Below, one piece after another: positions 9,793 to 19,622 of a stretch of DNA of 64,000 nucleotides; positions within the stretch are counted from its first letter, which is position 1, and each line of letters opens with the position of its first letter. Both the position numbers and the translations under genes were made by a program. The notes under the pieces are model-generated. The model saw only the letters and a program-made list of their open reading frames with translations. It was not told where the DNA came from and searched no databases. The stretch is from Gemmatimonadota bacterium (lineage in GTDB: Bacteria; Gemmatimonadota; Gemmatimonadetes; Gemmatimonadales; Gemmatimonadaceae), in NCBI GenBank assembly GCA_040389905.1, contig JAZJZK010000008.1:1-64000 (forward strand), read 5' to 3'.

Positions 9793-10599
9793 ATGCGCAT
9801 CTCGCCCGCCGTTCGCCTCTCTGTCGCCTTGATTGCGCTGATGGCGTCACCGCAGACCTCGCACGCCCAGCTTGGCAAATCCCAATCGTGGACAGTCTGT
9901 ACTCAAATCACAGGTGGAGGTGCGTGTGGAAAGGTGACCCTCCGGACCGCCGCGACGATTGCCGGAACGGATATCAAGGTCACGCTCCAGAACCTTCAGG
10001 GGCAGGGCTTTGGCGACAACACGTTCTGGAACGCGATCACACAGGTGCGGTTCTGGGACCTGATCTCCCCCGTGTCCCCCGGCGTTGAGGGTGGATTCGT
10101 GAATGGCGTCCTCGAAAATGGCGCATCAGGACAGATACCGAGCTACTACGCGCAGTCGATACACCAATCCGGCGGAGGCGTCATCAACCTTCAGGATGTC
10201 AACTGGCCAAACACCTTCGGGGTGCGCGGTTGCGCCAAGGGCATCTATGCGGATCAGTACGGCGGCGGCACCGAGACCTGCGGAGCGGACGAGAGCGTCT
10301 CGTTTTCCTGGTCGACGTCGCAGATCTGGGACGCGTTCTTCATCGGCTCGATGTCCTACACCGCAACGGGATCGGTATTCAACGGCGCCGATACCAACGG
10401 TTTGGTCTGCAATACCAGTCCGAATGCGAGCTTCCCTGTCACGCAGCAGCCCGCATGCGGGGTCATCGAGAATTCCATGGAGGATGAAAGCGCTGCCGCA
10501 CCTGAACCCGCCACACTCGTGCTCTTCGGCACTGGGCTCATCGGGATCGCCGCGTTCGCTCGCCGCCGCGCGCTAGCCGGCACCCGAGCGGAAAAATGA
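9793..10599 (+). CDS. PEP-CTERM sorting-domain protein
   Basis: Signal peptide; C-terminal APEPATLVLFGTGLIGIAAFARRR. Confidence 0.93.
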   Translation: MRISPAVRLSVALIALMASPQTSHAQLGKSQSWTVCTQITGGGACGKVTLRTAATIAGTDIKVTLQNLQGQGFGDNTFWNAITQVRFWDLISPVSPGVEGGFVNGVLENGASGQIPSYYAQSIHQSGGGVINLQDVNWPNTFGVRGCAKGIYADQYGGGTETCGADESVSFSWSTSQIWDAFFIGSMSYTATGSVFNGADTNGLVCNTSPNASFPVTQQPACGVIENSMEDESAAAPEPATLVLFGTGLIGIAAFARRRALAGTRAEK

Positions 10600-11269
10600 T
10601 GCCATGAGGTCCCCGAGCAGGCGGTGATCCACCTGCTCGAATGGGTGTGATGTGCCGGGCAACACAGCGAGTGATCCACCCGGGAGGAGGTGGCACACAC
10701 GCATGCTTTTCATCCACACCGACCGTGGCATCACGGTCACCCACGCCGACACAGATTGGCTGCGCGATACGGCCAAGCTCCTCTGGACGGAGCTGAGGCC
10801 GCTCTCCAATCGTGTGCATCAGCGCCGCAGTATTGCCGAGAACGGTTTCCCAACCGCCCGCGATCCTGTGCCTGAATTCGAGCGACTCCGCGAATTTCGG
10901 CACCTTCGCCCTGATCTTGACCGGATCAAGACGGCTTGTCTCGCGCTCCGCAATGGCACGCGTCCACTCGAACTTGGTGCCGAGGGTCATCACGCGTCGC
11001 ACGCGCGCCGGATGCGTAAGCGCAACGACGAGCGCGACATATCCACCCAAGCTGTAACCCAGGAAGTCCGCCTCGTCGCACGCATCCGCATCCAGCATCG
11101 CGACGATGTGCTCGGCGAATGCGTCGATCGAGAAGGGCACACCGTTGAGTGGCGTGTGACCGTGGCCCGGTAGTTCGATGACACGTACATCCCGCTGCCA
11201 CAATGCGTCTTCGAGAGGCTGCATCTGGTCAGCGGCGCCCAATGCGCCGTGGATCAGGTAGAGCGGCAC
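10573..11269 (-). pseudogene. Alpha/beta hydrolase with a 1-nt frameshift at 10707-10710 (pseudogene or sequencing error)
   Basis: HG and GYSLGG motifs and GDRD lie in one frame; the catalytic-His segment LAVLPGTSHPFEQ lies in another; deleting one A from GAAAAG restores VDESMRVCHLLPGG. Confidence 0.75.
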
Positions 11270-11272
11270 GTG

Positions 11273-12358
11273 CTAATGCAGCGCGGGCAGGGGAGGCAGC
11301 GAATCGAGGAACTTCGCGAACGGTTCCTTCCAGACTTTGGCGACGGTGTGCGTTCCGTGGCCGCGCGTGTCGGAGCTGATCGGAAGCATCAGGAAGCGGC
11401 CCTTGGGCACGCGCGTGATGAGCCGTTCGATGATACCGAGTTCCGGAGGATTCACCTGGTCGTCCGCGGAGTTGATCGCAAGCAGTGGGACTTTGATCTG
11501 GCCGAGCATCGGCTCGGGGTTGTAGTCCCGCGATGCATCGAAGGCGTAGAGAAAATCGTTCGCGTCGCTCGTCCGCATTCGCTGGTCGAGGTACCGCGTG
11601 ATGATGGAATCCGCCGCGTCCCGAGTCGGGGCGTCGCGATGCTGGACCAACGGCGCGCTGCTCATGATGTACAGGAGCTGACTCGCGGCCCGAAGTCCGG
11701 ACGGCTGCGAGGTATACTCGCCATTCTTCCACTCCGGGTCGTTCCGGATGTCGTCCATCGCCATCTTGCGGATCATGCGATTGCGACCGGCGATCTGCAC
11801 CGGCACGCTGGCAAGAGGAACCGCGCCGTCCATGAAGTCGGGGTAGCGTTCCGCCCACACCCAGCTGTGCATCCCGCCCATCGACGTCCCCATCACGAGA
11901 CGCAGGTGCGCCACGCCAAGCCTCTCCGTCAGCAGGCGGTGGTCGGCCTCTACCATGTCGTCGTAGCTGTAGTGCGGGAAGCGCGCATGCAGTCCTTCAC
12001 TTGGACGACTCGATAAGCCATGACCGATGCCGTCGCGAAGGATGAGATAGTAGCGCGTCGTGTCGAGCGGCTGGCCGGCGCCATAGAGATCGTTCGCGAA
12101 TACGGCGCCGAGAAACTGCGTGCCGGCGCCACCTGTCCCATGCATGATCAGCACGGCGTTTCGAACCACGCCGGTCGCGTCACGTTTCGGCTGGCCGATG
12201 GTACGAAAGTGGAGCTTGAGTTCCGGAAGCGTCTCACCGCTCGCGAACTTGAAGTTGCGAATGACGTAGTCGCCTTCGACGCCGACGGTCGGTCGCGCGT
12301 TCTGGGCGGACAGCGTGCTCGAGACGGTCAGGATGAGGGCGGCAAGATGTCGGCGCAT
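11273..12358 (-). CDS. Secreted alpha/beta hydrolase, homoserine O-acetyltransferase (MetX)-like
   Basis: Signal peptide; FASGETLPELKLH, GTSMGGM nucleophile elbow, GHGTH. Confidence 0.88.
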   Translation of the reverse strand: MRRHLAALILTVSSTLSAQNARPTVGVEGDYVIRNFKFASGETLPELKLHFRTIGQPKRDATGVVRNAVLIMHGTGGAGTQFLGAVFANDLYGAGQPLDTTRYYLILRDGIGHGLSSRPSEGLHARFPHYSYDDMVEADHRLLTERLGVAHLRLVMGTSMGGMHSWVWAERYPDFMDGAVPLASVPVQIAGRNRMIRKMAMDDIRNDPEWKNGEYTSQPSGLRAASQLLYIMSSAPLVQHRDAPTRDAADSIITRYLDQRMRTSDANDFLYAFDASRDYNPEPMLGQIKVPLLAINSADDQVNPPELGIIERLITRVPKGRFLMLPISSDTRGHGTHTVAKVWKEPFAKFLDSLPPLPALH

Positions 12359-12401
12359 CGGACGGCCGTGGCTGAGGGTGAAAAAACAGGTGCGACAATA
12401 C

Positions 12402-12521
12402 TGTCATCCCGCAGGAGCAAGCGCAGCGAGCGACTGACGGGATCTACTCAGCGTGCGCATGGGGTGTTTCGGCGCCGAGAAGGTAGATCCCGTCACGCGC
12501 GTTCGCTCGTGCGGGATGACA
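12402..12521. repeat. Family B inverted pair
   Basis: TGTCATCCCGCA...TGACGGGATCTAC pairs with GTAGATCCCGTCA...TGCGGGATGACA. Confidence 0.85.
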
Positions 12522-12528
12522 AGAACGG

Positions 12529-12870
12529 TCAGCGCCGCGGCCCCGTCCGTTCGAAGAGCACCGTCCCCTCTCCATCAGGCGCAGCGAGCACCAGCGCGGG
12601 ATGCCATTGCGCAAAAGGGAGAAGCCCGGAGAGCGTAGCTGAGGCGCGGTCGAGAAAAGCGTCGAACCCCGGTGCCTTCTCATGAAATTCCAGTGCGGTA
12701 CCATCGGCCAGGTCGATACCAAGTCGCAGCGCGTCGTCCGTTCGGTAAGCACGCAGACGGCGTATGTCCGACCACCGAGCGGCGCCGATGCAGCGCCCGC
12801 CGCGCCAGAGGGCAAACCCGGCGGCGACGACGACGATGCGTCCGCGATCGTCGTTCGCCGAGTCGCTCAC
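12529..12870 (-). CDS. Hypothetical protein (113 aa)
   Basis: GTGA overlap with the upstream gene; plausible composition. Confidence 0.6.
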   Translation of the reverse strand: MSDSANDDRGRIVVVAAGFALWRGGRCIGAARWSDIRRLRAYRTDDALRLGIDLADGTALEFHEKAPGFDAFLDRASATLSGLLPFAQWHPALVLAAPDGEGTVLFERTGPRR

Positions 12871-13193
12871 GTGCTCGCGAAGCCCGGTCGTGCTTTGACG
12901 TTCGAAATCGCAGGGTCGAGGACGACGGCCGCGATACTCTCGTACGCAATCACTGCCCGATACGTCGGCTCCCCGCCACCGGGGCGATTGGCGTCGGCAA
13001 AACGTGACCGCTCGTGCGACAAGTCTCCACGCGCCTGATAGGCGTCGAGCGTAACGGTGTGCGAATTGGCGGAGACGATCGCCAGCACGCGGTGCGAGTG
13101 ACCGCTCATGAGTTGGATCTCCACGACGGGCTGGCCACCGACGGCGTCGACGTCGCGCTGCAGGATGACGTCAAAGTATTCCTGATCGAACAT
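12867..13193 (-). CDS. Hypothetical protein (108 aa)
   Basis: Globular-looking sequence, GAG RBS, coupled to the next gene. Confidence 0.7.
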   Translation of the reverse strand: MFDQEYFDVILQRDVDAVGGQPVVEIQLMSGHSHRVLAIVSANSHTVTLDAYQARGDLSHERSRFADANRPGGGEPTYRAVIAYESIAAVVLDPAISNVKARPGFAST

Positions 13194-13357
13194 GGGGACT
13201 CGATTGAAGGGACGAGCGAGACGCTAGATTGGCGCCATGCCACGATTGCCGAATTGGGTACCGCGAAATCCGGGTTGCGGCTGTCTCGTGCTGCTTCTGG
13301 CCGCTGTTGCCGCCCTACTGTTGCTCGGTGACGGCTGAATACCGGAAGATATAGCAC

Positions 13358-13495
13358 AGCAGCGTTCAGGCGACAGAACCGTCGAGATGGCGCGACACTT
13401 CACATGTCGTTATCTAGCCGTTACCTCCGCAACCCATTGCTTGGTAACGACTTGCGTGCAGGCATCCAGACACGGTTGAGGGCATGACGCGTGCA
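13358..13495 (+). promoter_or_regulatory. Putative sigma54 promoter module of PEP-CTERM gene 2
   Basis: CGTCG-N8-CGACA (13380) plus a half-site 22 bp upstream; box AACCCATTG-N6-AACGACTT (13431); GG-N10-GC site GGGCATGACGCGTGCA (13480). Confidence 0.65.
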
Positions 13496-13530
13496 CGCCC
13501 GCGTCATGAGAATCCCTCACCGTCGCCCTC

Positions 13531-14220
13531 ATGCGTCTCAGTCACAGAATTGCGTTGTTCGCCGTTCTCCTCTGCGTCAGCGCGTCTGCCAGGGCGCAGG
13601 TGACCACGACGGTGAATTTCAATAACGGAACACCTGAGATCGGTGTCGCGCCCGGCTTCTATGCCGGACAGGGAGTGGCCGTATTGAACGCCACCTGGAG
13701 TGACTTCCTCGGCGGCCGAAGCGGGTCCACGCCCCTCCCCGACGGCGCGGAGTATCCCAACGACAGCAATTACTGGTTGTTCGGTTGCTGTAGCATCAAG
13801 TCGACGTCGAGCGGAAACTATGTCCCACCGACCGACCCCATCATCGCGTTATTCACGCAAGCCATGCAATCGGTCAGCATTCGCGGACTCGATGTGAGTT
13901 TTCTCGGGCTCCGCCTCGAGGCGTTTGACTTCAATGGGCTTCTCGTCGGCACCGCGACCGCCGGCGGCCCCAACAGCGGCGGCGTGGGTCAAACGGTCAC
14001 GGTCAATGGAAGCGACATTTGGCGTGTGGAGTTCTCGCAGGACGTCAGCGGAACACCGGGCTCTGACGGCATCGCCTTCGATGACCTGACGTTCACGACG
14101 CAGGAATCGGCGACGCCCGAGCCAGCTACCGTGCTGTTGCTGGCGCCCGCACTCTGCGCCATCGCAGTCGGGGCTCGGCGCCGCAAGGGGATATCGCACA
14201 GGAAGGACGTCCACCGCTAA
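13531..14220 (+). CDS. PEP-CTERM sorting-domain protein
   Basis: Signal peptide ending ARA; C-terminal TPEPATVLLLAPALCAIAVGARRRK. Confidence 0.9.
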   Translation: MRLSHRIALFAVLLCVSASARAQVTTTVNFNNGTPEIGVAPGFYAGQGVAVLNATWSDFLGGRSGSTPLPDGAEYPNDSNYWLFGCCSIKSTSSGNYVPPTDPIIALFTQAMQSVSIRGLDVSFLGLRLEAFDFNGLLVGTATAGGPNSGGVGQTVTVNGSDIWRVEFSQDVSGTPGSDGIAFDDLTFTTQESATPEPATVLLLAPALCAIAVGARRRKGISHRKDVHR

Positions 14221-14223
14221 CGT

Positions 14224-14491
14224 CTAGTGGAGTGTTACTCAAATACAGGCAGCACGTGCCTGTTCAGATCGCTCGACAAGGCATCGACCGCAGAGCAACG
14301 GTAGCAACAACCGCGAACCACAGAGGACACAGAGAACCACGTGAGTGTTTCTCTGTGACCTCTGTGTCCTCTGTGGTTCATTCGTTGTGCTGTCCGCAGT
14401 CCACTAAGATCCGCGGCGACTTCTGCAGTGAGATTCTCGTCCGATTTGTTGAATCGGTCATGCTATCGATAGATCGGAAACGTTCCACTAG
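14224..14491. mobile_element. MITE-like element with CTAGTGGA...TCCACTAG ends, enclosing a family A palindrome
   Basis: Inverted termini; right 31 nt match 24245-24275 at 24/31; perfect 20-bp inverted repeat at 14315-14334 and 14360-14379 inside. Confidence 0.6.
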
Positions 14492-16590
14492 GGCACGACC
14501 GGCGGTGGAGGGACCGGCGCGGGAATTCCCGCGGCCTCGAACGACGGCAGCTTTCTCGTTCGTGTGTATTCGGACCGCGTGAGCGCGAACTTATCAGCAC
14601 GCGACTGCCAGAGCTGAGTCGCGAGGTCGAATTTCGTCAGCACGTTGTGGATCCAGTACGGGCGATTCTCACGCATCCACGCTGCCTCGTAGAGGTCGCG
14701 CGTCAGGGCGTATCCGTCGCGTAGATCCTGGAGCCGCCCATTGATCCCGGAGATGTCACCGAGTGCGCGATTGCGATCCTTGCTCGCCGTATCGCTGGCC
14801 AGCGAATACGACCGCCGGATGTCGTCCGCAAACTGAAACTTCATCCCGATCAGGTCGAGTCGCCGAGCGCCGAGTTCCATGGCGTCGATGACGTCAAGGT
14901 GCCGCGTTGGCTTCGTCGCACGAAAGATGGCCAGGTGGACGAGCGCTGATTCCGCGGCGATACGCATCTCGCGCGACACCGGCCGGATACGCTCTGCGTT
15001 GAGCACGCCATCGGCACTGAACGGATCCCGCCAGAACAGCGCGTCGCTTCCCTCGCTGAGCCCCGCACGCTCCAGCGCCTTGTGCGAGGCCATCAAGAGC
15101 CGCTCCGCCGCGTCGATGCTCCCGGTCGTATCACCGAAGAACGCTCGGCCGTATGACTGCTGGAAGCGCTCGATGCTGCTTTCTCCCTTTTGCCAGCCCG
15201 CCGCCGCACCGAAGAGGACGCCGGCCCACACCTGATTGAACAACGCCTCGCCGTCGTCGTCCCAGCTCGTGTTGAGCAGGCCCGTCGCGCCGAGTCGCTG
15301 ACCGTCGCGAACGAAATTCCGGATGTTGACGAAGGCGACGTTGTAGTTGGGATAGACGCGGTTCCAGCTGCTCACTCCCGGGGACACCCATGTCTCGAAG
15401 CCCGCCTGCGTGAACGGCGTGATCTGTCGATCGAAGCTATTCGAGGCACCGTACGACCACGCCACCGCCACCATTTCCTTCGGGAGCATTTTCACGAGCT
15501 CCGGATGATTTCCCGCGACGTCACCCCAGAACAGGTACTTCTTACCGGGTCGCTTGATGGACTCGACGATGTCCTTCAGGAAGCCGAGGTAGACGGGGCC
15601 GATGCTGTCGCGCTGGATACGCTCCGCCGTCTGGCCACGGCCGAGCTCGAATGTTTCGTCGGCGCCGATGTGTACGTATTTGCTCGGAAAGAGGGTGTCG
15701 ATCTCGGCGAACCACTGCTTGATGAGGGCCATGGAACCCGGCTGGCCCGGCGCCAGCACGTGGCCATGCGGAGTCTCCGCGAGCGGCGCGTACAGCTCGT
15801 ATTTGAGGACGTGATGCAAGTGCCCGAACGCTTCCTGCTCGGGGATGACGTCGATAAAGTACTTGCTCGCGTACGCCACGATCTCGCGGATATCCTCACG
15901 CGAGAGCGCCCCACCCGGTGGTGCGATGAGCGGGTTCGCGCCGTACGCGAGCGTGTGCTCGAAGTAGGGGGAGTACACGTTCATCTTGTACGTCGCGAAC
16001 GTGCGTAGCTGGCGCTTGATATAGTCGAGCGATGGAACCGGCCCGCGCGATAGGTCGTCATGCAGGCCGCGCTTCCGCATTGCGGGCCAGTCGCGGACCT
16101 GCGCCATGCGGAGCGTCGCGCGCGCGCCCCGCCCAGTAACGAGTTGCTTCACCGTCTGCACGCCGTAGAAGACGCCCCGCGCCGTTGCGCCGATGACGTT
16201 CAGCGTCGAACCATCCGGAACCAGCGCGTACCCCTCGTCATGCATCGCGGAATCGAACACGATGGCGGCGCGTGTCATCAAGGCGCGTGCGGCGGGTGAC
16301 GAGGCGCGCAACAGGACAATGCGAGCGCTCGACGAGCCGTCCGCGACACGCACACCAGCCTCCTTCATGGCATCGCGCAGATCGCCCGCCGCGAACGCAT
16401 CCTCGCGGTTCGACGGGGAGGCTACGGCAATCCCGCGCGCGAGCTCAACGTCCCGGTCGGCTGTGGATTCTCGCGGTTGCGGAACGAGCAGCAACGGGCG
16501 CGGTGACTGTGCATGTGCGACCGGGCACAGGAACGCCAACAGGAGCAACAGCTGAGCGGTTGAACGCATCGAGATCCTCGAGATCGTCAT
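14488..16590 (-). CDS. GH20 beta-N-acetylhexosaminidase, secreted (start 16590 or 16569)
   Basis: DEGY, RDWPAMRKRG, catalytic HIGADE; signal peptide. Confidence 0.93.
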   Translation of the reverse strand: MTISRISMRSTAQLLLLLAFLCPVAHAQSPRPLLLVPQPRESTADRDVELARGIAVASPSNREDAFAAGDLRDAMKEAGVRVADGSSSARIVLLRASSPAARALMTRAAIVFDSAMHDEGYALVPDGSTLNVIGATARGVFYGVQTVKQLVTGRGARATLRMAQVRDWPAMRKRGLHDDLSRGPVPSLDYIKRQLRTFATYKMNVYSPYFEHTLAYGANPLIAPPGGALSREDIREIVAYASKYFIDVIPEQEAFGHLHHVLKYELYAPLAETPHGHVLAPGQPGSMALIKQWFAEIDTLFPSKYVHIGADETFELGRGQTAERIQRDSIGPVYLGFLKDIVESIKRPGKKYLFWGDVAGNHPELVKMLPKEMVAVAWSYGASNSFDRQITPFTQAGFETWVSPGVSSWNRVYPNYNVAFVNIRNFVRDGQRLGATGLLNTSWDDDGEALFNQVWAGVLFGAAAGWQKGESSIERFQQSYGRAFFGDTTGSIDAAERLLMASHKALERAGLSEGSDALFWRDPFSADGVLNAERIRPVSREMRIAAESALVHLAIFRATKPTRHLDVIDAMELGARRLDLIGMKFQFADDIRRSYSLASDTASKDRNRALGDISGINGRLQDLRDGYALTRDLYEAAWMRENRPYWIHNVLTKFDLATQLWQSRADKFALTRSEYTRTRKLPSFEAAGIPAPVPPPPVVP

Positions 16591-16741
16591 GAAGGCGGGA
16601 GACTCTGGCCCTGGAGTTGGCTCACGAACCGTTGCACGCCAGTAAATTGCGCACTTCGAACGGCGAACCAGTGCGGAGAATGGTCGTATCCTAGTCGTCA
16701 TCCTGCAATCCACCGAACCGGTGTTGCGGCATCTCCAGCGG

Positions 16742-17299
16742 ATGTCGCTGCTGGAGCGCATTGGCAAGTACGCGGCCTTCGGCGCGTCGAGCATCATCGG
16801 CGAGGAGACAAACCCGATCCTCGGCGGTATCGCCGCGCGGCACGGTCGCGCCGACATGATCGCCGTGGTGGTGTCCGTGGCGCTCGGCACGTGGGTGGCG
16901 ACCCTGGCCCTCTACTATCTGGGATTGTGGCGAATCGAGTGGGTACATGCGCGGTGGCCGCACAAGCGCCGACTGCTCGATGAGGCACTCGAAATGGTTG
17001 CCCGTCATCCCTGGCGCTCGTCCCTCATGCTGCGCTTTGCATACGGCGTCCGGCTTCCGCTCCCGTTGGCCTGCGGTGCAGCCCGAGTTCCGATCGGACA
17101 GTTCCTCATCGGCAGCGGAATCAGCTGCTGGCTGTGGTCCTTGGCATTCGCGTATCTCGGCCTCGTAGCGGGAGGCACGGCCCTCAAGCTGATTCACTTC
17201 ACGACGCGGCTCGATGTGCGGCTGAGCGTCATCGCCTTCGTGTTGCTGATCGTACTGACGTATCTCGTGCGTCGCCGGAGATCCGAGCAAGGCCCATAG
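16742..17299 (+). CDS. DedA/VTT-family membrane protein
   Basis: GEE motif and RFAYGVR...LACGA typical of DedA; start uncertain (16721 or 16742). Confidence 0.8.
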   Translation: MSLLERIGKYAAFGASSIIGEETNPILGGIAARHGRADMIAVVVSVALGTWVATLALYYLGLWRIEWVHARWPHKRRLLDEALEMVARHPWRSSLMLRFAYGVRLPLPLACGAARVPIGQFLIGSGISCWLWSLAFAYLGLVAGGTALKLIHFTTRLDVRLSVIAFVLLIVLTYLVRRRRSEQGP

Positions 17300-17361
17300 G
17301 CGTTCTCATTTTCACCGCCGCTCTCGGGCATCAGGCTACGTCGAGTAGCGTTCTCGTTTTT

Positions 17362-17535
17362 ACCGCAGAGGGCGCCGAGGAGCAGAGGGGCGCAGAGGAC
17401 TGCGGAGGTGCGGGCCCTTCGCGATGAGCGAACCTCAAAGCCTTGTCACCCCGAGCGAGCGACGCGAGTCGAGGGTCTACGCCTGCTGTTACGCTTTTCC
17501 TCTGCGTCCCTCTGCTCCTCGGCGCCCTCTGCGGT
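17362..17535. repeat. Family A-type 38-bp inverted repeat enclosing family B halves
   Basis: 17362-17399 and 17498-17535 are complementary at 37/38; GGTGCGGGCCCTTCGC and TGTCACCCCGAGCG...GAGGGTCTAC lie inside. Confidence 0.9.
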
Positions 17536-17589
17536 GACAATGACGACGACAGGGTATTGTAAGCCGATGCCCGAATTGGGCGACACCGG

Positions 17590-18675
17590 CTATCGCCAGC
17601 GAAATAGCTTGAACGCAATCGCGAAACTCACCACGAGCCACCCGAAGATGATCGCGATCGACGGCGCGACCGTCGACCAACCGGCGCCCTGCAGCATCGT
17701 CGCTCGCAGCGCATTGTTCGTTGCCGTTAGCGGCAGCGCCTGAATGAACGGCTGCGCCACCTTCGGGAAGTTGCTCGACGAGAAGAACACGCCCGAGAGC
17801 ACCCACATTGGCATCATCGTGAGGTTCATCAGGCCGGACACGCCTTCCATCGTGCGCGCGCGCGACGCGATCATCAGTCCGATACCGCCGAAGGCGAGTG
17901 CCGCGGAGAAGCAGACCACGAGGAGTTGCAGGATCGACCCGCGCATTGGCACCTCGAACAGCAATCGCGCGGCCCCGACGACCACCGCTACCTCGACGAT
18001 GAGCAGCAGGAAGCGGGAGAAGAGAAACGACGCGAGATAGTGCGCTTTCCGCATCGGTGTCGAAACGAACCGCTTGAGCAAGTTGCGGCGACGCGCCTCG
18101 ACAATAGTGAATCCGAGCCCCCAGATTCCCCCACCCATGATGTTCATCCCCAGCAGTCCAGGCACGACGAAATCGATGTAGCGCGAACCTTTCTCCTGCA
18201 CCTTCTCCTCGGATACGGCGATGGGATCGCGCCGGCCGGCCGCTCGCTGCAGCGCATCGTCCGCGAGTGAGCGCGCGGACCGCCCCTCCGGCCTCGTATC
18301 GTCGAATCGATACGTGACTGCGCCAGTTTCACCCGGCGTTGCCACCAGCGCGACATCTCCCGTACGCAGCGCGCGCGCGGCACCCGAGTCGTCCATCGAC
18401 TCGATTCGGAGCCCCGGTGCCTTGGTGAGGCGGGCAGCTAGCGAATCGCCGGCGGGCGTACCGCGCACGACGGCGATCGCGATCACATCCGCGGGCTTGT
18501 TACGAAACGCAACGCCCAGGCCGAGCGCGAGAATGATCGGGAACGCGATGGTCCAGAACACCGCTTCCGGCTCACGGATGAACTCCTTGAAGCGCACCTG
18601 CGTGAGCTGCGCCAGCGATCCCTCATGCCACGCGCGCTTCGGGCTCGATGCGTCGCGCATCAGTGGCTCAGGCAT
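17590..18675 (-). CDS. ABC-2 type transporter permease
   Basis: REPEAVFW, YIDFVVPGLLGM, LSGVFF; multiple TM segments. Confidence 0.92.
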   Translation of the reverse strand: MPEPLMRDASSPKRAWHEGSLAQLTQVRFKEFIREPEAVFWTIAFPIILALGLGVAFRNKPADVIAIAVVRGTPAGDSLAARLTKAPGLRIESMDDSGAARALRTGDVALVATPGETGAVTYRFDDTRPEGRSARSLADDALQRAAGRRDPIAVSEEKVQEKGSRYIDFVVPGLLGMNIMGGGIWGLGFTIVEARRRNLLKRFVSTPMRKAHYLASFLFSRFLLLIVEVAVVVGAARLLFEVPMRGSILQLLVVCFSAALAFGGIGLMIASRARTMEGVSGLMNLTMMPMWVLSGVFFSSSNFPKVAQPFIQALPLTATNNALRATMLQGAGWSTVAPSIAIIFGWLVVSFAIAFKLFRWR

Positions 18676-19603
18676 CGCGCAGTTGTCTCCCGGTAAGCGA
18701 AACGAACACATCCTCGAGCGTCGCCGAATGGGTGGCAAGCTCGCCGAGCGCGAGCTGCCGGCGCTGGAGCTCCGCAACAAGCGCCGGCACGGCGCGCGAC
18801 AACTGCACGACCTCCAAGGTCCAGCGCCCATCGTGCTCGCGCGCGGCCGTCACTCCGTCCAACGTGCGGAGGTCGTTCACGTCGATGGCGCCCGGCTGCG
18901 CGCCCGGTGTCGTGAACTCGACGACATGTTCCGCGTGCAGCGTCGAGATGAGCTCTCGTGGCGAACCCAGGGCAATGACGTGCCCGTGGTCCACGATGGC
19001 CACTCGGTCGCAGAGCTTCTCCGCCTCGTCCATGTAGTGCGTCGTGAGCACGATGCTGCGCCCACTCGCGCGCAACTCGACGATGAGATCCCAGAGTTGG
19101 CGGCGCGATTGCGGATCTAGGCCAGTGGTCGGCTCGTCGAGAAAGAGCAATTCCGGATCGCCGACGATCGCGCACGCCAACGCGAGGCGCTGCTTCTGGC
19201 CGCCAGACAGCTTGCCCACACGCGACTCACGTTTCTCGCCGAGCTGCACGACATCGATCACGTCGTCCACCTCGCGGCCGCGTGCATAAAAGCTGCGAAA
19301 CAGCCTGACCGTCTCCTGAACGGTGAGCTTCTCGGCGAGTTGTGTGTCCTGGAGTTGAACGCCGAGGCGTTCACGCAACGCGTGCTCGTCGCTCTCCCAC
19401 CGCAGGCCAAGCACCTCGACAACCCCCGCGTCGGGTTCGGTGAGCCCTTCACAGATCTCGATCGTTGTCGTCTTCCCGGCGCCATTCGGGCCAAGCAGCC
19501 CGAAACACTCGCCGCTGTTCACGGTGAGATCGAGCCCGTCAACGGCCCGAACGTCGCCGTACGACTTCCGTAGTCCTTCGACTCTGAGTGCGGCTACCGG
19601 CAT
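18668..19603 (-). CDS. ABC-2 type transporter ATP-binding protein
   Basis: GPNGAGKTT, LSGGQKQR, DEPTTGLD. Confidence 0.95.
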   Translation of the reverse strand: MPVAALRVEGLRKSYGDVRAVDGLDLTVNSGECFGLLGPNGAGKTTTIEICEGLTEPDAGVVEVLGLRWESDEHALRERLGVQLQDTQLAEKLTVQETVRLFRSFYARGREVDDVIDVVQLGEKRESRVGKLSGGQKQRLALACAIVGDPELLFLDEPTTGLDPQSRRQLWDLIVELRASGRSIVLTTHYMDEAEKLCDRVAIVDHGHVIALGSPRELISTLHAEHVVEFTTPGAQPGAIDVNDLRTLDGVTAAREHDGRWTLEVVQLSRAVPALVAELQRRQLALGELATHSATLEDVFVSLTGRQLRDA

Positions 19604-19622
19604 GTGCCCAAGATACGTAACG

